A stretch of DNA of 63,680 nt, counting the filler, from Octopus bimaculoides (Eukaryota): NCBI RefSeq assembly GCF_001194135.2. It is 5 parts of 5 records of this genome, joined end to end, with 100 filler letters (N's around TTAATTAATTAA, not from the genome) between each part and the next. Parts side by side here need not be neighbours in the genome. Positions count along the whole stretch, not along the records: positions 1 to 16,650 come from NC_068985.1; 4 more parts are not named here. One strand, given 5' to 3'. Positions 1-11,979 of this stretch are shown here, piece by piece (positions within the stretch are counted from its first letter, which is position 1; every line of letters begins with the position of its first letter). The notes below the pieces were generated by a model. It was not told the origin of the DNA, searched no databases, and worked only from the letters and a program-made list of their open reading frames with translations. The position numbers were made by a program, and so were the translations under genes.

Positions 1-107
1 ACACCACCAATTTTTTTTTTTTCCTTCCTTCCCCCTCCCAAAAAGAAAAGCTCTACATTGTATTTGTCCCATCTTCGTTGAGCCCTGTGTGGCTAATAAA
101 AGAAATG
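1..107 (+). mobile_element. 3' terminus of a Tx1/L1-like LINE, followed by a (TATC/TACC)n tail to ~185
   Basis: TTGTATTTGTCCC...GTGGCTAATAAAAGAAAT closely matches the reverse complement of the Tx1-like 3' end at 46880-46930 (TTGTATTGTCCC...GTGGCAAATAAAAGAAAT). Confidence 0.55.
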
Positions 108-944
108 TATCTATCTATCTATCTATCTATCTACCTACCTACCTACCTACCTACCTATCAATCTATCTATCTATTTATCTATCTGGTTAGCTGCACACTT
201 TACAATATAAACACACATTGCACCATGAACTAACTGTATCGAGATACTCCTGTCACACGTTGTCTAATGAAAACCTACCTATTTTAGTGCCTTTCAAAAC
301 AAGTTCCAGATTGTCTTCACAATATTTGGCAACCGTCTGCTGCTGGTGCAGCAAACAGATGTTGCACAGAGCATGTGTCTCCTCTTAATTTTTATCATAT
401 TATTTTATATATATATATATATATATTGTGGCTACATCCGTATTTAGTGTTTCAGCAGGAGGACGTTATCTACCGAGAGTTTCAATACTGGTTTATACAA
501 AAGGATAGTCTGGGAAAGATATAGATTTTGTTATTTTTTCTCAGCTTGATTGCCGACGATCCGAGTGCAGAAAGAAAAAGATGCTCGTTTCGGGTGACAA
601 TCCACTGTAACATCCTACACGAGTGCTTTCATTGTCGTTGTTTTAGTTCTTGCTAATACTATTGTTGTTGTTGTTGTGGTGGTGGTGGTGGTTATCGTTG
701 TTCTTGTTGTCTGATCTGACAAAGTATTCCCGCTGTCATATGGCCTTTTTTTTCTCGTGGAGGTAGAATCATTACATGTCCTTAACTTTTGTTCATGTGA
801 CACCCTATGTTTTGAAGAAGATTTGGTTGTTATTTCTTGCAGTTCACATGACTCAGCCTGTCTGCAAAGTTTTGTTACAGATGCCATAATACATGATTGC
901 TTTTCCATATGAACAGACACATCCTTGATGTATCCTCTACCACT

Positions 945-1150
945 TTTCTTTCATCTTGTACAGTTATTGGACTATGGCCATACTGGAACACCGCCTTGAA
1001 GGGTTTCATCGAAAGAATAGGATCCAACACTTATTTTTCATATCTGGCAAGTATTGTACCGTGTCTTTTGTCTAACCGCTAAGTTACAGGGTGTAAACAA
1101 AACCCACGGTTGTTAAGCAGTGGGTGGGACAAACACAAAGTCATATCGGT
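945..1150 (-). mobile_element. Degraded 3' half of tRNA/CORE-type SINE (family B)
   Basis: Reverse complement GTAACTTAGCGGTTAGACAAAAG...AAGGCGGTGTTCCAGTATGGCCATAGTC matches the fuller copy at 9758-10148. Confidence 0.7.
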
Positions 1151-1561
1151 CGTTTTCTTTTAGTGTACCTGTTATTCATTTTTCTCAAATAATCATAGGT
1201 TTTCAATAGAAATTATTGTTTCGTTTTTGTATTGGAATGTTCCCCGTTAAATTGCTTATTTCCTTGTTCAAAAGCTCCGATTACAATCGGAAACGCTGTT
1301 CTTATGCTCTGCCCAAATGGACGTCACTTCCATCAGACCTTTTATCTTCGATATTTTTCTGTTTCATTCATTCATATATGTCAGCCCACGTGACATGATA
1401 CGACATATCAATCACTAAATCTGCTTAATAATGCTCATCATTTATAATTACGTCACGGTCACCTGACCAAAATCTTGAGGGCATGAACTACCATTCTTCA
1501 CACTAAGATCTCTCCACCTCATTGAATAAATTATGTTAGCATTATTTATCAGAAATAATAA

Positions 1562-1747
1562 GGCGGCAAGCTGGCAGAAACGTTAACATGCCGGACAAAA
1601 TGCTTAGCGGCATTTCTCCCGTCTTTACACTCTGAGTTCAAATTACGTTGGAGTCGACTTTGCCTTTCATCCTTTCGGGGTTGATAATCGACTAACCTCC
1701 TCCCCCACAATTTTAGGCGTTGTATTATATAATAGGAAGGATTATTT
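1562..1747 (+). mobile_element. tRNA-derived SINE (family A)
   Basis: A-box-like TGGCAGAAACGTTA and B-box-like GAGTTCAAATT (1634-1644); body GTCGACTTTGCCTTTCATCCTTTCGGGG recurs in several other copies in the window. Confidence 0.8.
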
Positions 1748-3949
1748 ATCAGTAATATCTTTGTTTGTGGCTTTAGTTAGCAAGAGTGGATAATCCTCTT
1801 GATTCTGATCGGTACTTTGAAACTGATGAGATTGATATAATAGATGCTCAGTTTTAGTATCAGTAAATCGAAGTCTGCAAGAAAATCGTGGGTGGTGAAG
1901 AAATTCCAGGTGGTTAGCTTTCCATGAAGGAAAGATGGAGTGAGTTTGCAGCTATAAAGCCATGCCTTAATATGGTTAAGCCCCTTGTGAAATGAAGGAC
2001 CCTCATATTTCGAATAAATAAAAAGAAACTCCTACTTGACTGTTATGGATAACGTAACGAAGCGGCTCTATTTACTCTTTGTCTCCCAATTACAATCTCC
2101 CCCTAAAGAACAAACTCCGTGATATTCATTGCGATGATGGTATAGAAATTTAGCTTGCATATAGACCATCAAACAGCAGATAGTAAGCATGAAACATTCA
2201 TCTATGACAAAATGAATATTAACGAATTATTTATAAAGGTAGCTAATAGTTATAATATAGAAAATGATAATACTAATATCTACAAATATTACTGGCGAAT
2301 TCGAACGTTGCCTATGTTAACCTCGAACACTTTAATGAACGTTTTCCTATGTGTATCTGATCAACTTTGATGTAAGAACGGAAAATCTTATTGCCTTTTC
2401 CAACAATGAATATTAAAGATAAAAATATTAACCGTAAAACTGGATGTATAGCAACAGATATCGTTATTCAACAGTTCTGTTCCGATAAAATGTCCATTAT
2501 TATCGATGAAATACAAATGAAGAACATAAAAAAGCAACAGAAAAACCGTTGAAAGATGCTTGTAAAAGTAATTCATTAACTTATTTAATTGTAATGCCCT
2601 TAGCCTATTATAAATCATGCATTGCTCATATTTTCAATAATCGCCCATCAGCCTCTATGTATAGCCATGAGAACGGAGCACTACTGGGAAGAAAGCTACA
2701 CAAATTCCGCCTGAAGTAAAGCTATACTAAATTAAAATGGGAATGTGCAGCGTTACATGAAAAATGGAACAAGCAAAACCTACACATTGCCAAAAGCAAC
2801 TAAACCGGTACTCGATAAAAATAATGATAATCTTATTAAAGAGCAAGGTTTTAGTTCATAAATTCTGTAAAATAAAACAGAAAAGGGATAAATGGACATG
2901 AGAGAAGTTTCCATAATACGTGCATATTTTATTCTTACACTTCCCCTTTCCAGTGAAAACAATATAACACGCATAATATATGGTGAGAAAGTTGTTCTTC
3001 TTTCAGATGTAATAATGGAACCCAAGAGACAAACTAATTTAAGATGCATTCTTAAATGCAAAAGAATATCGGTAATAGAAAACATAAAAGAGAGAATGCA
3101 TTCCGAAAATACAGGCAACGAAGAAATTAAAAAAAAAAGGGGAATAAAACTCACAGAAATTATAAAAGAAACAAGCTAATAAATATTAAGTGCGAAAATC
3201 ACAAAGATAGAGTTATCACATGCAAAGCATAAAATACACAGCAAAATTAAACCCTAGCGTACTTACAGAATATTCATAAAGGGAAACTGAATTAGAAGTA
3301 GACCAATGGAAATATGAACACAAGTGAATAGGAAAAAAGATCTAAGAGTAGATAATTCTAAAGATGGAAATTGTGAGTATGACAAAAATCTAAAGGCAGA
3401 AATAGTTAAATTAAAATCGATATATATCTGCCGGTGGTCTATTGAAGGATAAAACTTAAAGATAAAATAGCAACAACAGTGAAAGAACATTGCAAATTAG
3501 GCCATCACAGACATAGTGGAAACGTCAGGATAAATCAAATAATCTATACAGCAGCAACAATAACAGCAGCAGCAACGGCAGCAGCAGCAGTAACAGCAGC
3601 CATAGTAATAAAGGAACGAATGTCAGTATTCCCTGGAAATATCTTATATAGGAACTTCTAAAACCTAAGAGAACAACGTAACAAAAACTGAAAAAAAAAA
3701 AAAGAAATCATACAAAAGATGGTAGGAATTTCAAGACCTCACATTTATTAGTGAAATAAATATGACAAAAACACTAACAGAAAGAAAAGCGAATACTTCA
3801 AAATTACAGCATAATAAATACGAAAGAGGAATTTTGTATTTATTATGCTGAGAATTACGTAACAAAAGATAGAAACTAATGCAACACCGGGAGCAAGGGA
3901 AGCAGATTTTTGGGGAGGAAATAAAATAAGCAATATTCAAAACAACAAG

Positions 3950-4146
3950 CATGCTGTTCTATATTTAAGAGATGAGGAATTATGTACATTATTTACATTA
4001 TTTACATTATTTACATTCGACGGATATTTGTCCTCATCTTGTTTGCTGTTAACACAACGTTTCGGCTGATATACCCTCCAGCCTTTTTCAGGTGTCTTGG
4101 GGAAATTTCGAACCTGGGTTCTCATTCCTAAGGTATTCTTCTATGA

Positions 4147-4207
<61 letters not shown>

Positions 4208-4250
4208 GTTGTTGTTGTTATTGTTCAGGTCACTGCTTGGAATCGAACAG
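3950..4250 (-). mobile_element. SINE-like element with B-box remnant, internal (AAT)n and hammerhead motif
   Basis: On minus: GTTCGATTCC (4239-4248), (AAC/AAT)n 4147-4225, hammerhead fold 4051-4096, then a 9-bp TACATTATT repeat x3 near 3985-4015. Confidence 0.55.
4051..4096 (-). ncRNA. Minimal type I hammerhead ribozyme motif, core mutated (CUGAAAA)
   Basis: GACAC-CTGAAAA-A-GGCTG-gagggtatat-CAGCC-GAAAC-GTT-GTGTT. Stem I GACAC/GUGUU, stem II GGCUG/CAGCC, palindrome AACGTT in place of stem III. Confidence 0.6.
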
Positions 4251-4711
4251 GACAGTATTCAAGAGTAATACAAAACTTCGCAAACATCTCCTTCGAGTGA
4301 AACCACCAATAGAAGAGAATATGACCAAAGACTGAGTGTACTCCATCCCATGCAGCTGTGGTAGGTTATACAAAGGCGAAACATGTCGCCCCCTCAAAAT
4401 AAGGATAGACGAACATCGCAAAGCTGTGACACGAGGAGATATTGATAAATATACGATCACAAGTTATATACTGTTGATTAAAGACAACTGGAAACTTTTG
4501 CACGCAGTGTGATGATTTAATGGCAAAACGGGTATAAATTTCAGTTAAGAAAAAAAGAAATGAATTCAGAAAACTTAAAACTTAGTAGTACTATTTTTTC
4601 TGTGGTGGTAGATTTAAAAAAAAATCTCGGTTAAGCCTTGTTTTGTTATATACTATTTCTGTATATTTACTTTTTAGTTCTTTCTAGTTGTCTTTTTTCA
4701 TCATTGATTTT

Positions 4712-4712
4712 C

Positions 4713-4782
<70 letters not shown>

Positions 4783-5205
4783 GTGTGCATACATATATAT
4801 ATATATATCTNNNNNNNNNNNNNNNNNNNNNNNNNNNNNNNNNNNNNNNNNNNNNNNNNNNNNNNNNNNNNNNNNNNNNNNNNNNNNNNNNNNNNNNNNN
4901 NNNNNNNNNNNNNNNNNNNNNNNNNNNNNNNNNNNNNNNNNNNNNNNNNNNNNNNNNNNNNNNNNNNNNNNNNNNNNNNNNNNNNNNNNNNNNNNNNNNN
5001 NNNNNNNNNNNNNNNNNNNNNNNNNNNNNNNNNNNNNNNNNNNNNNNNNNNNNNNNNNNNNNNNNNNNNNNNNNNNNNNNNNNNNNNNNNNNNNNNNNNN
5101 NNNNNNNNNNNNNNNNNNNNNNNNNNNNNNNNNNNNNNNNNNNNNNNNNNNNNNNNNNNNNNNNNNNNNNNNNNNNNNNNNNNNNNNNNNNNNNNNNNNN
5201 NNNNN

Positions 5206-5265
<60 letters not shown>
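4712..5265. repeat. (TATC)n and (CA)n microsatellites flanking an assembly gap
   Basis: Perfect tandem repeats at 4712-4780 and 5206-5265. Confidence 0.95.
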
Positions 5266-5267
<2 letters not shown>

Positions 5268-6221
5268 TCATACACACATACACACACTATCTTATTTACT
5301 CACTTATGCAGATATTTTTCATCTACATGTTTTTACAGAATAGATTTCTTTTTGCTAAGTTCCATGATTGATTAACCATCTTTTCCTGTTTTCTCTATTT
5401 CATTCTTGGTGCTTCAATGTACTTTATGTACTTTAACGAATGATAAGTCTTTTAACGAAGGATTTACTTTATGCACTAACGAATGATATTAAAATATTAA
5501 TATGTGCTGAGATTCACAAAATTACTTTATAAGCGTATAAAATATATTAACGTCAATATTTTCCCTTACATCTTATTTTCTTCATATATCATGTGTTCAT
5601 TGTAATTTTTCGTTTTGTATTTGCTTTGCAAGATTCCTCACGTGAACTCATCTATTGGAACCTATTTTGTTGAATCTTGAGTGGGTCATGATGCCAATAA
5701 TAAATACAGGCATAATGGAATTCCCGAGATACAGCAAATTCATTATAATTTTGTAAAATTGATTTTTATTTTTAACTTAAAATATTCAAGACAACAAAGC
5801 AGCTAATCCTATTGGAATTAACTGGGGTTTGGGAGGAGAGGGTGCTGGAGGCACAAGAGAGGAAAAAGTTAAGTATTAGGAGAGAGTGGAAGACTGCCGC
5901 AAGAGCGAGGGAGAACAAAGTGTTCGGCAGTTGAAGGCTTGTAGGCCGTCCACTGAGTACCGGGTATTTATAGGAACGGGTAGAAGAAGAGTCACCAAGT
6001 ATAATGTAGAGGCTTCTGAGAAAGCATCTAGATAACTGAAAATAGGGGATCCGTGGGGGTCAGTAGAGTGCCATTTGGACACAAGCTTAGGCCTGATCAA
6101 TCTCGGTCGAGTTGCCTGCATAAGGATTTGTGTTGTAAGACACGAAACCCCTAGTGACCCCAGGATGAAATACTGACGACGTGTCAAAGTATTGCATAAC
6201 AGATGTACGTTGAAATATTGT

Positions 6222-6430
6222 TTTCAAAGTTTGGCACAAGGCCAGCAATGGATAGTGAGTGACTCGATTACATCGATCCTGGTACCCAACTGGTACTTAT
6301 GTTATCGACACCAAAAAGGATGTCAGGCAAAGTCGGCTTCGGCTGAATTTGAACACGTAACATAAAGACGGACGAAATGCCGCCAAGCATTTTGTCCGGC
6401 GCGCTAACGATTCTACCTGCTCGCAGTCTT
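6222..6430 (-). mobile_element. tRNA-derived SINE (family A)
   Basis: Reverse complement carries GTAGAATCGTTAGCGCGCCGGACAAAATGCTT...GTTCAAATTCAGCC and the family A body. Confidence 0.75.
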
Positions 6431-8514
6431 ATGTATATTGAAATATTGCTTAATTTTTTTTTATATAGTTTAGCATAAAATACTATGCATTTTAGCGGAT
6501 ACATTTCCTAACGTGTATCAATATATTTTACACGCTCTTAATTTTTAGTATAAATTTATTGAATAACATATATTGCCACATTTCAAATTTAAACGAAGTA
6601 TCTTTATACACAAGTAAAATATTCGTTGTTTCTCTAGTTGCTTTGTTGTCCCATTTACATTTTAAGTCACATTTACGAACTTTGCAGTGCGAATTATTTT
6701 GTGTATACGAAGTAGCATAAGCTTGTTACGACGAACAATTTCTCCAAATGGCGAGTATTATGACATCAGTACTGGTTCGTCTATAGAGTGCGACTCACGC
6801 CAACTTTCTTCTACCTGTCGTGCAAAGGTTTTCCTTTTCAACGCAGCCAATTATTCCTCCATCACGAATCACTCGGGGTACAAAGCCGCCTAATGACGAC
6901 TGTTCAGTGTTAGGTGTATTCTTGATTTTACTATTGTCACTGTGTGAACATGACTAGAATAGAGGTCTTAAATTTTTTTTTGTTCTGCGTGCTCCTGTTC
7001 CTTGTTTTCGTCAGTAAACACTTGAATATTCCCGAGTCAACGACTGCTTTGTTTCTGGATGAGCTGTTTTATCAATTTTTGCAATATCTGGTGTAGACCA
7101 AGTACAAAGTAATATGTAGTCGGCATTCAGATTTATTTTGAATTTCCAGTATAATTACCAATAGCAGAAAGAAATTATCTTTTAATTCTACGCAAGTGTG
7201 TTTATGAAAGCATTTTGATGGCATTTCGGATTTTCGTTTTGTTTTGAACAAAACATAACGTTCTACAAAGAAAAGAACAAAACAACACATTCCATGAATT
7301 TCCTTCAGACTGTAATTATTTTCAGCACACCTTTATTTAATGTGCATAGATAGATTATAAAAAAACGAGCTTTAAAAAATCCAAAATGTAATGGAAATAA
7401 CTTTCATTTATAAATTAAATGAAAAATAACCTATGTTCTCATATCATAGTGAAATATCTCATATCATAAATGTTTAATTAATAAATCACTGGGTGTGTCA
7501 TATGGAAAATTCCTGAAACAAATGACTTACTACTATACTGATTACAAGCGATGGAAAATTTTAAGAATTTCGTAATAAGTAAGTAGAAAATAAAATATGT
7601 GAATTTTATGCTTCCTTTTTCTTATAACTCCTTAATTTTAATTTCAAGCTTCTAATCCTTCCTCCTATTATTCGAAACGATTATATCCTTTTAATACCTG
7701 CAATTACTTAATGAAACCACATGTGCTTGAAACCGTAGCTTATTTTTCATGTAATCTATAAATGAAAGTATTTTTATTGCGTTTTGGATTTTTTAAACCT
7801 CATTTTTTTATCATCTATGAATGCACATCAAATAAAGGCCAGCCAAATTTTAGAGGAATGGTTACCATTTCTAGTAGACTCACGTAACAGTCCCCTCGTT
7901 AGTTCGTTGTTGTTATAGATGTTTCAACAGGTGTAATTGTCACTCTCACTGTTAATTCCACTGACAATGATGATAATTTTACTAGCGATGCTGTTTTTTT
8001 TTTTTTTATTGCAAGCTGCAAATGATAACCTTCACACAATATCTGATGACCTTTCCTGGCGACCGCAAATGTAAGAGTGTTTGTGTATGTATATATGTAT
8101 GTCTGCGTTATATGTATTTATATATGCATATATATATATATATATATANNNNNNNNNNTGTATGCGCGTGTGTGTGTGTGAGAGAGAGAGAGACTTATAA
8201 TATATATGTGTGTGTGTGGGGGGGGGTGTACGTGTGTGCGTGCGTGTACAATAGATATATGCAAACATATTGCTATCTACAATGTTATCACTGTTGTCGC
8301 TAAAGTTTAATTTTTGCTGTTCGTGAGAAAACATATGAATGAAAGCTGTCATCTCTTTCAACCAGTCTTTTTTTTTTTAACTTTTATGAGCTCCAGCTGC
8401 AGTTGTCGAAAATCAGAGAAGGAAAATTTATAGAATTTATTTGCCAATAATAATTATTGCTTTTACTGCTTACTATGCAGCTTTACTTGTAAATAATGTT
8501 ACTATATTTGTAGT

Positions 8515-8680
8515 ATTAAGGTTGCGAATTGTCCAGATCATTAGCACGTCGTATGTAGATACCTTGCGGTATTCATTGTGTCTGTGTCTGTGTTCAGTGT
8601 TCAAATTCCACTGAGGTCACTTTGTCTTTTAACCTGTCGGTGTCAATAAATGAAATACCGGTCATATACCGGAGTCTATC
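8515..8680 (+). mobile_element. Degraded SINE family A
   Basis: GTGTTCAAATTCCACTGAGGTCACTTTGTCTTTT B-box and body similarity to 1562-1747. Confidence 0.5.
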
Positions 8681-9757
8681 TTTTCCTCTCGCTTTTTAAT
8701 TTCTGTTCTGTACCTCCCTTTTTCGAAGAGAGCGGCTGTGGTCGGGTCTGGAGAAGATTTGGGATGCAAAGGATCAAAAACAGCTCAAGTTCACAAGACT
8801 CCATCAATATTTTAGGTCCTAAGATTGTATCAGTAGTTGTGGTCCCCAAGACAAGGTTTATGCTGTGGTTATCATCAGTATTATGGTTGTGAAACCTTAG
8901 GTCAACCCCTTTTGAGTCGACATATGATTCCACCCGTGGCCGACTCTTCTGTTTCTCATGCAATAGTCTACCCTGGTCTATATCATCCAATCCATTCATT
9001 TTTTAAAGAAGATGGGGTGTTTGATCATCAATTCTCACAGGTCTAACGATGATATGAAGATAATATTACCAGATATGGTGCTTTGTTAGTGATTTCTCTG
9101 TTAATTTTACAGCTTTGCTGTCCCTTACTCTCATCTGCAGTAGTAAATTACATACATCAAACTACAACATCATAACGTTTAAAAGTTCACGACAAATGGT
9201 AAAATAGGTAACACATCATTCATAAATAAGCGATTAAAGAAAAAACTACAAGTAACACATATTCAAAGTAACCGACTACTAATGTTATTTCTGTCAAACC
9301 GTGCACAAGTTAGACAACATTTGGAAAAAGCTTTTTTTTTTTAAATTGATGACTGTTTGTCTTTTGTATTTTAAGTAAGATGTTTTCCCTTCTTTAATGA
9401 AACGATTGACGTTATGATAAAGTTAAGGTGTTTTATCTTGTACGACACACTACGTAGGAGTAACGTTTGTTAAGGCGTAGTTGTAACGTATAAATTTGTT
9501 TATTATTTCAGGAGTAACCAAACAACCTATGACGCCAGACTACTAAACTAACCAATCACAAGACATTATGGTTGCTTAGTCTGCATGAAATAGCAACCAC
9601 ATTTCTGTGAATCTTCTTTCTTACTGACTTAAAAATAATAGAATACATGTCTAAACAAAAGAGAAGATAGTCACAGCTAAAGCATTTTTGCTCATAAATC
9701 TGTTCAAATACAGACGACCTGAGACAAAGGAACGACAGTAAAAACAGCAACAACAAC

Positions 9758-10148
9758 AAGTGGTAAGTAGCTTGCTTACCAACCATGTGGTTCCGGGTTC
9801 AGTCCCACTGCGTGGCACCTTGGGCAAGTGTCTTCTACTATAGCCTCGGGCCGACCAAAGCCTTGTGAGTGGATTTGGTAGATGGAAACTGAAAGAAGCC
9901 CGTCGTATATATGTATATATATATATGTCTATGTGTGTGTATGTTTGTGTGTCTGTGTTTGTCCCCCCAACATTGCTTGACAACCGATGCTGGTGTGTTT
10001 ACGTCCCCGTAACTTAGCGGTTCGGCAAAAGAGATCGATAGAATAAGTACTAGGCTTCCAAAGAATAAGTCCTGGGGTCGATTTGCTCGACTAAAGGCGG
10101 CGCTCCAGTATGGCCACAGTCAAATGACAGAAACAAGAAAAAGAGTAA
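9758..10148 (+). mobile_element. tRNA/CORE-type SINE (family B) with internal (TA/TG) microsatellite
   Basis: tRNA-like head GTGGTAAGTAGCTT...GGTTCAGTCCC, CORE-like CCTTGGGCAAGTGTCTT, internal TA/TG run, 3' tail GGCGGCGCTCCAGTATGGCCACAGTC. Partial copies at 945, 11095, 15305 and 16751. Confidence 0.8.
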
Positions 10149-10179
10149 CTCTAGAATGAGCAACATGAATAGTAGTCTC

Positions 10180-10745
10180 CGCTCAGTGGTGTGACCTGCT
10201 GGATGTAACAGCCAAATCTCCTTCCGTCTTAACAGGCAACCGTCTTTAAAATAGAAAGTCAACGCAAAATATTTGTAGTCATCGGTATAGGCCTGAAAAG
10301 AGACAGTATGTACCTAACTGTAATGCATTTGATTGTAGATCTATGCTTTCATAATTGTCCTGGAGTTAAACAACAGCAACAACAACAATAACAACCAACC
10401 ACCCAACTACCCAACCGACCAACCGATCAACCGACCAATTAGCCAATGAAACTGATAGTTGGGACTAAAGATAGCTATTATAGCAGTTCTATAGCGGTCA
10501 ATCACATTTGATGACATAATTGACGATTTAATGTAGAGACCACTACGTGGATTCTTAAACCTGCGAGATATAGGAATCAACTCTCCCTCAAATCAAATCC
10601 TACTGTCCATTATATAATGTAGTTCTAGGTATGTCTGACTAAAAACGAGACGTTTACGGTCTTAACACTTCTGACTATATATATATATGTTGGAGCTATC
10701 TTGAGACTACCTGGGGGTTATCCTGGGGTTAAACAATAACAACTA
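10180..10745 (+). repeat. Two diverged copies of an interspersed repeat ending in GG(A/G)GTTAAACAA(CAA)n
   Basis: 10180-10392 and ~10535-10745 share ACCTGC...CTCC(C/T)TC and the terminal CCTGG(A/G)GTTAAACAA. Confidence 0.5.
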
Positions 10746-10894
10746 ACGTGCTGCTAAATAGTGACTTTAATGAGAAGAAAAACGAAATTGAAATTCTTCC
10801 TCTCAAATTACAAAAGATGCTAATTAAACTAATTGTTTTTTAAATGATTTAATTAATGAATCGTGTCGTTACATAAGGAAACTTTATGATGTAA

Positions 10895-11050
10895 TGGCAG
10901 CCTAGCAGAGTCATTAGAACGTCGGACAGAATATCTTGTATTTGTTCCGACTTACTGCGCTCGGAGTTCAAATTCTGCCTTGATAAACTTTCCTTTCAGC
11001 GTTTCGGGTTGTTAAAACATCAACCAATTTAAGGTAGGGAATTGGTGGAG
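10895..11050 (+). mobile_element. Degraded SINE family A
   Basis: TAGCAGAGTCATTAG A-box-like and GGAGTTCAAATTCTGCC B-box-like motifs. Confidence 0.55.
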
Positions 11051-11094
11051 CTGTAAGAAAGTTAGACCGGATGCCTTGTAATACTTTGTTGTAC

Positions 11095-11280
11095 TGAACC
11101 CAGAACCATGTGGTTGGGAAGCAAGCTTCTTACCACACAGCCACGCCTCTATGTATGTATGTATGTATGTATGTATGTATGTATGTATGTATGTATGCAT
11201 GTATGTATGTATGTATGTATGTATGTATGTATGTATGTATGTATGTATGCATGTATGTATGTATGTATGTATGTATGTGT
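11095..11280 (-). mobile_element. SINE family B head fragment (11095-11150) abutting (TATG)n (11151-11277)
   Basis: Reverse complement GGCGTGGCTGTGTGGTAAGAAGCTTGCTTCCCAACCACATGGTTCTGGGTTCAGT matches the head of 9758. Confidence 0.65.
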
Positions 11281-11827
11281 GTGTGAATATAATATATCCA
11301 ACAACTAAAAACGGATTTCGCATTTGTTTTATTGTATCCCAAGACAGAAACAAGCTTCAGCTTAACAAAACAGTTCCATAAATAATATTAATGAAGCTGT
11401 CGAAAATATATATGTTCTCAGCGTTCTTATGTTATCACGATATGGAATTCGGTTACAGGATAAATGTTTATGTCTGAGAGTTGGTCAAGGCAAAATCGTA
11501 AATCTGACAGCGTACATTGACTTCATATTTTAGCTATTCCATTTGCCCATTTCTTCGCTGCAATTATGTAGTGATTTAACGAACCCAGCACATATTTTGG
11601 CGTGCTACGTAAGAGTGAGTTCTATGTCTTTGAAATAACTTGCGCTATAAAAAAAGTGCAAAGCAAATACATATACGTGCGCGCACACATATACACGTAC
11701 CATGCGTGCACGCACACACAAACACGCACGTTGATTTCTTCATAGAATTAATCCATTCCTCACGGTGGTTTAATAGTATAAATATAGGGGAAAACGTCTG
11801 CAATACTTGTGTCAATAGCTTAGTCAG

Positions 11828-11899
<72 letters not shown>

Positions 11900-11942
11900 G
11901 TCTGTCTATCTATCTATCTATCTGTCTGTCTGTCTGTCTGTC

Positions 11943-11975
<33 letters not shown>
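11828..11975. repeat. Compound (TATC)n/(TCTG)n/(TC)n microsatellite
   Basis: Direct reading; abuts an N gap. Confidence 0.95.

Positions 11976-11979
<4 letters not shown>

Noticed and set aside
615-920. Thr-rich 101-aa ORF resembling a mucin-like stalk exon
   Set aside because: An in-frame stop lies 30 bp upstream, there is no convincing acceptor, the Thr run is a (GTT/GGT)n repeat, and the upstream sequence is a SINE.
1820-1880. CTGATGA-GATT...AATC-GAAG
   Set aside because: GAAG instead of GAAA, and no stem I or III; compatible with chance.
2640-3660. A-rich strand-biased tract suggestive of an old LINE
   Set aside because: No diagnostic motif recoverable.
8650-9200. Non-repetitive region with several overlapping short ORFs
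   Set aside because: No recognisable domain and no consistent splice signals; only RNA-seq or BLASTX could rescue it.
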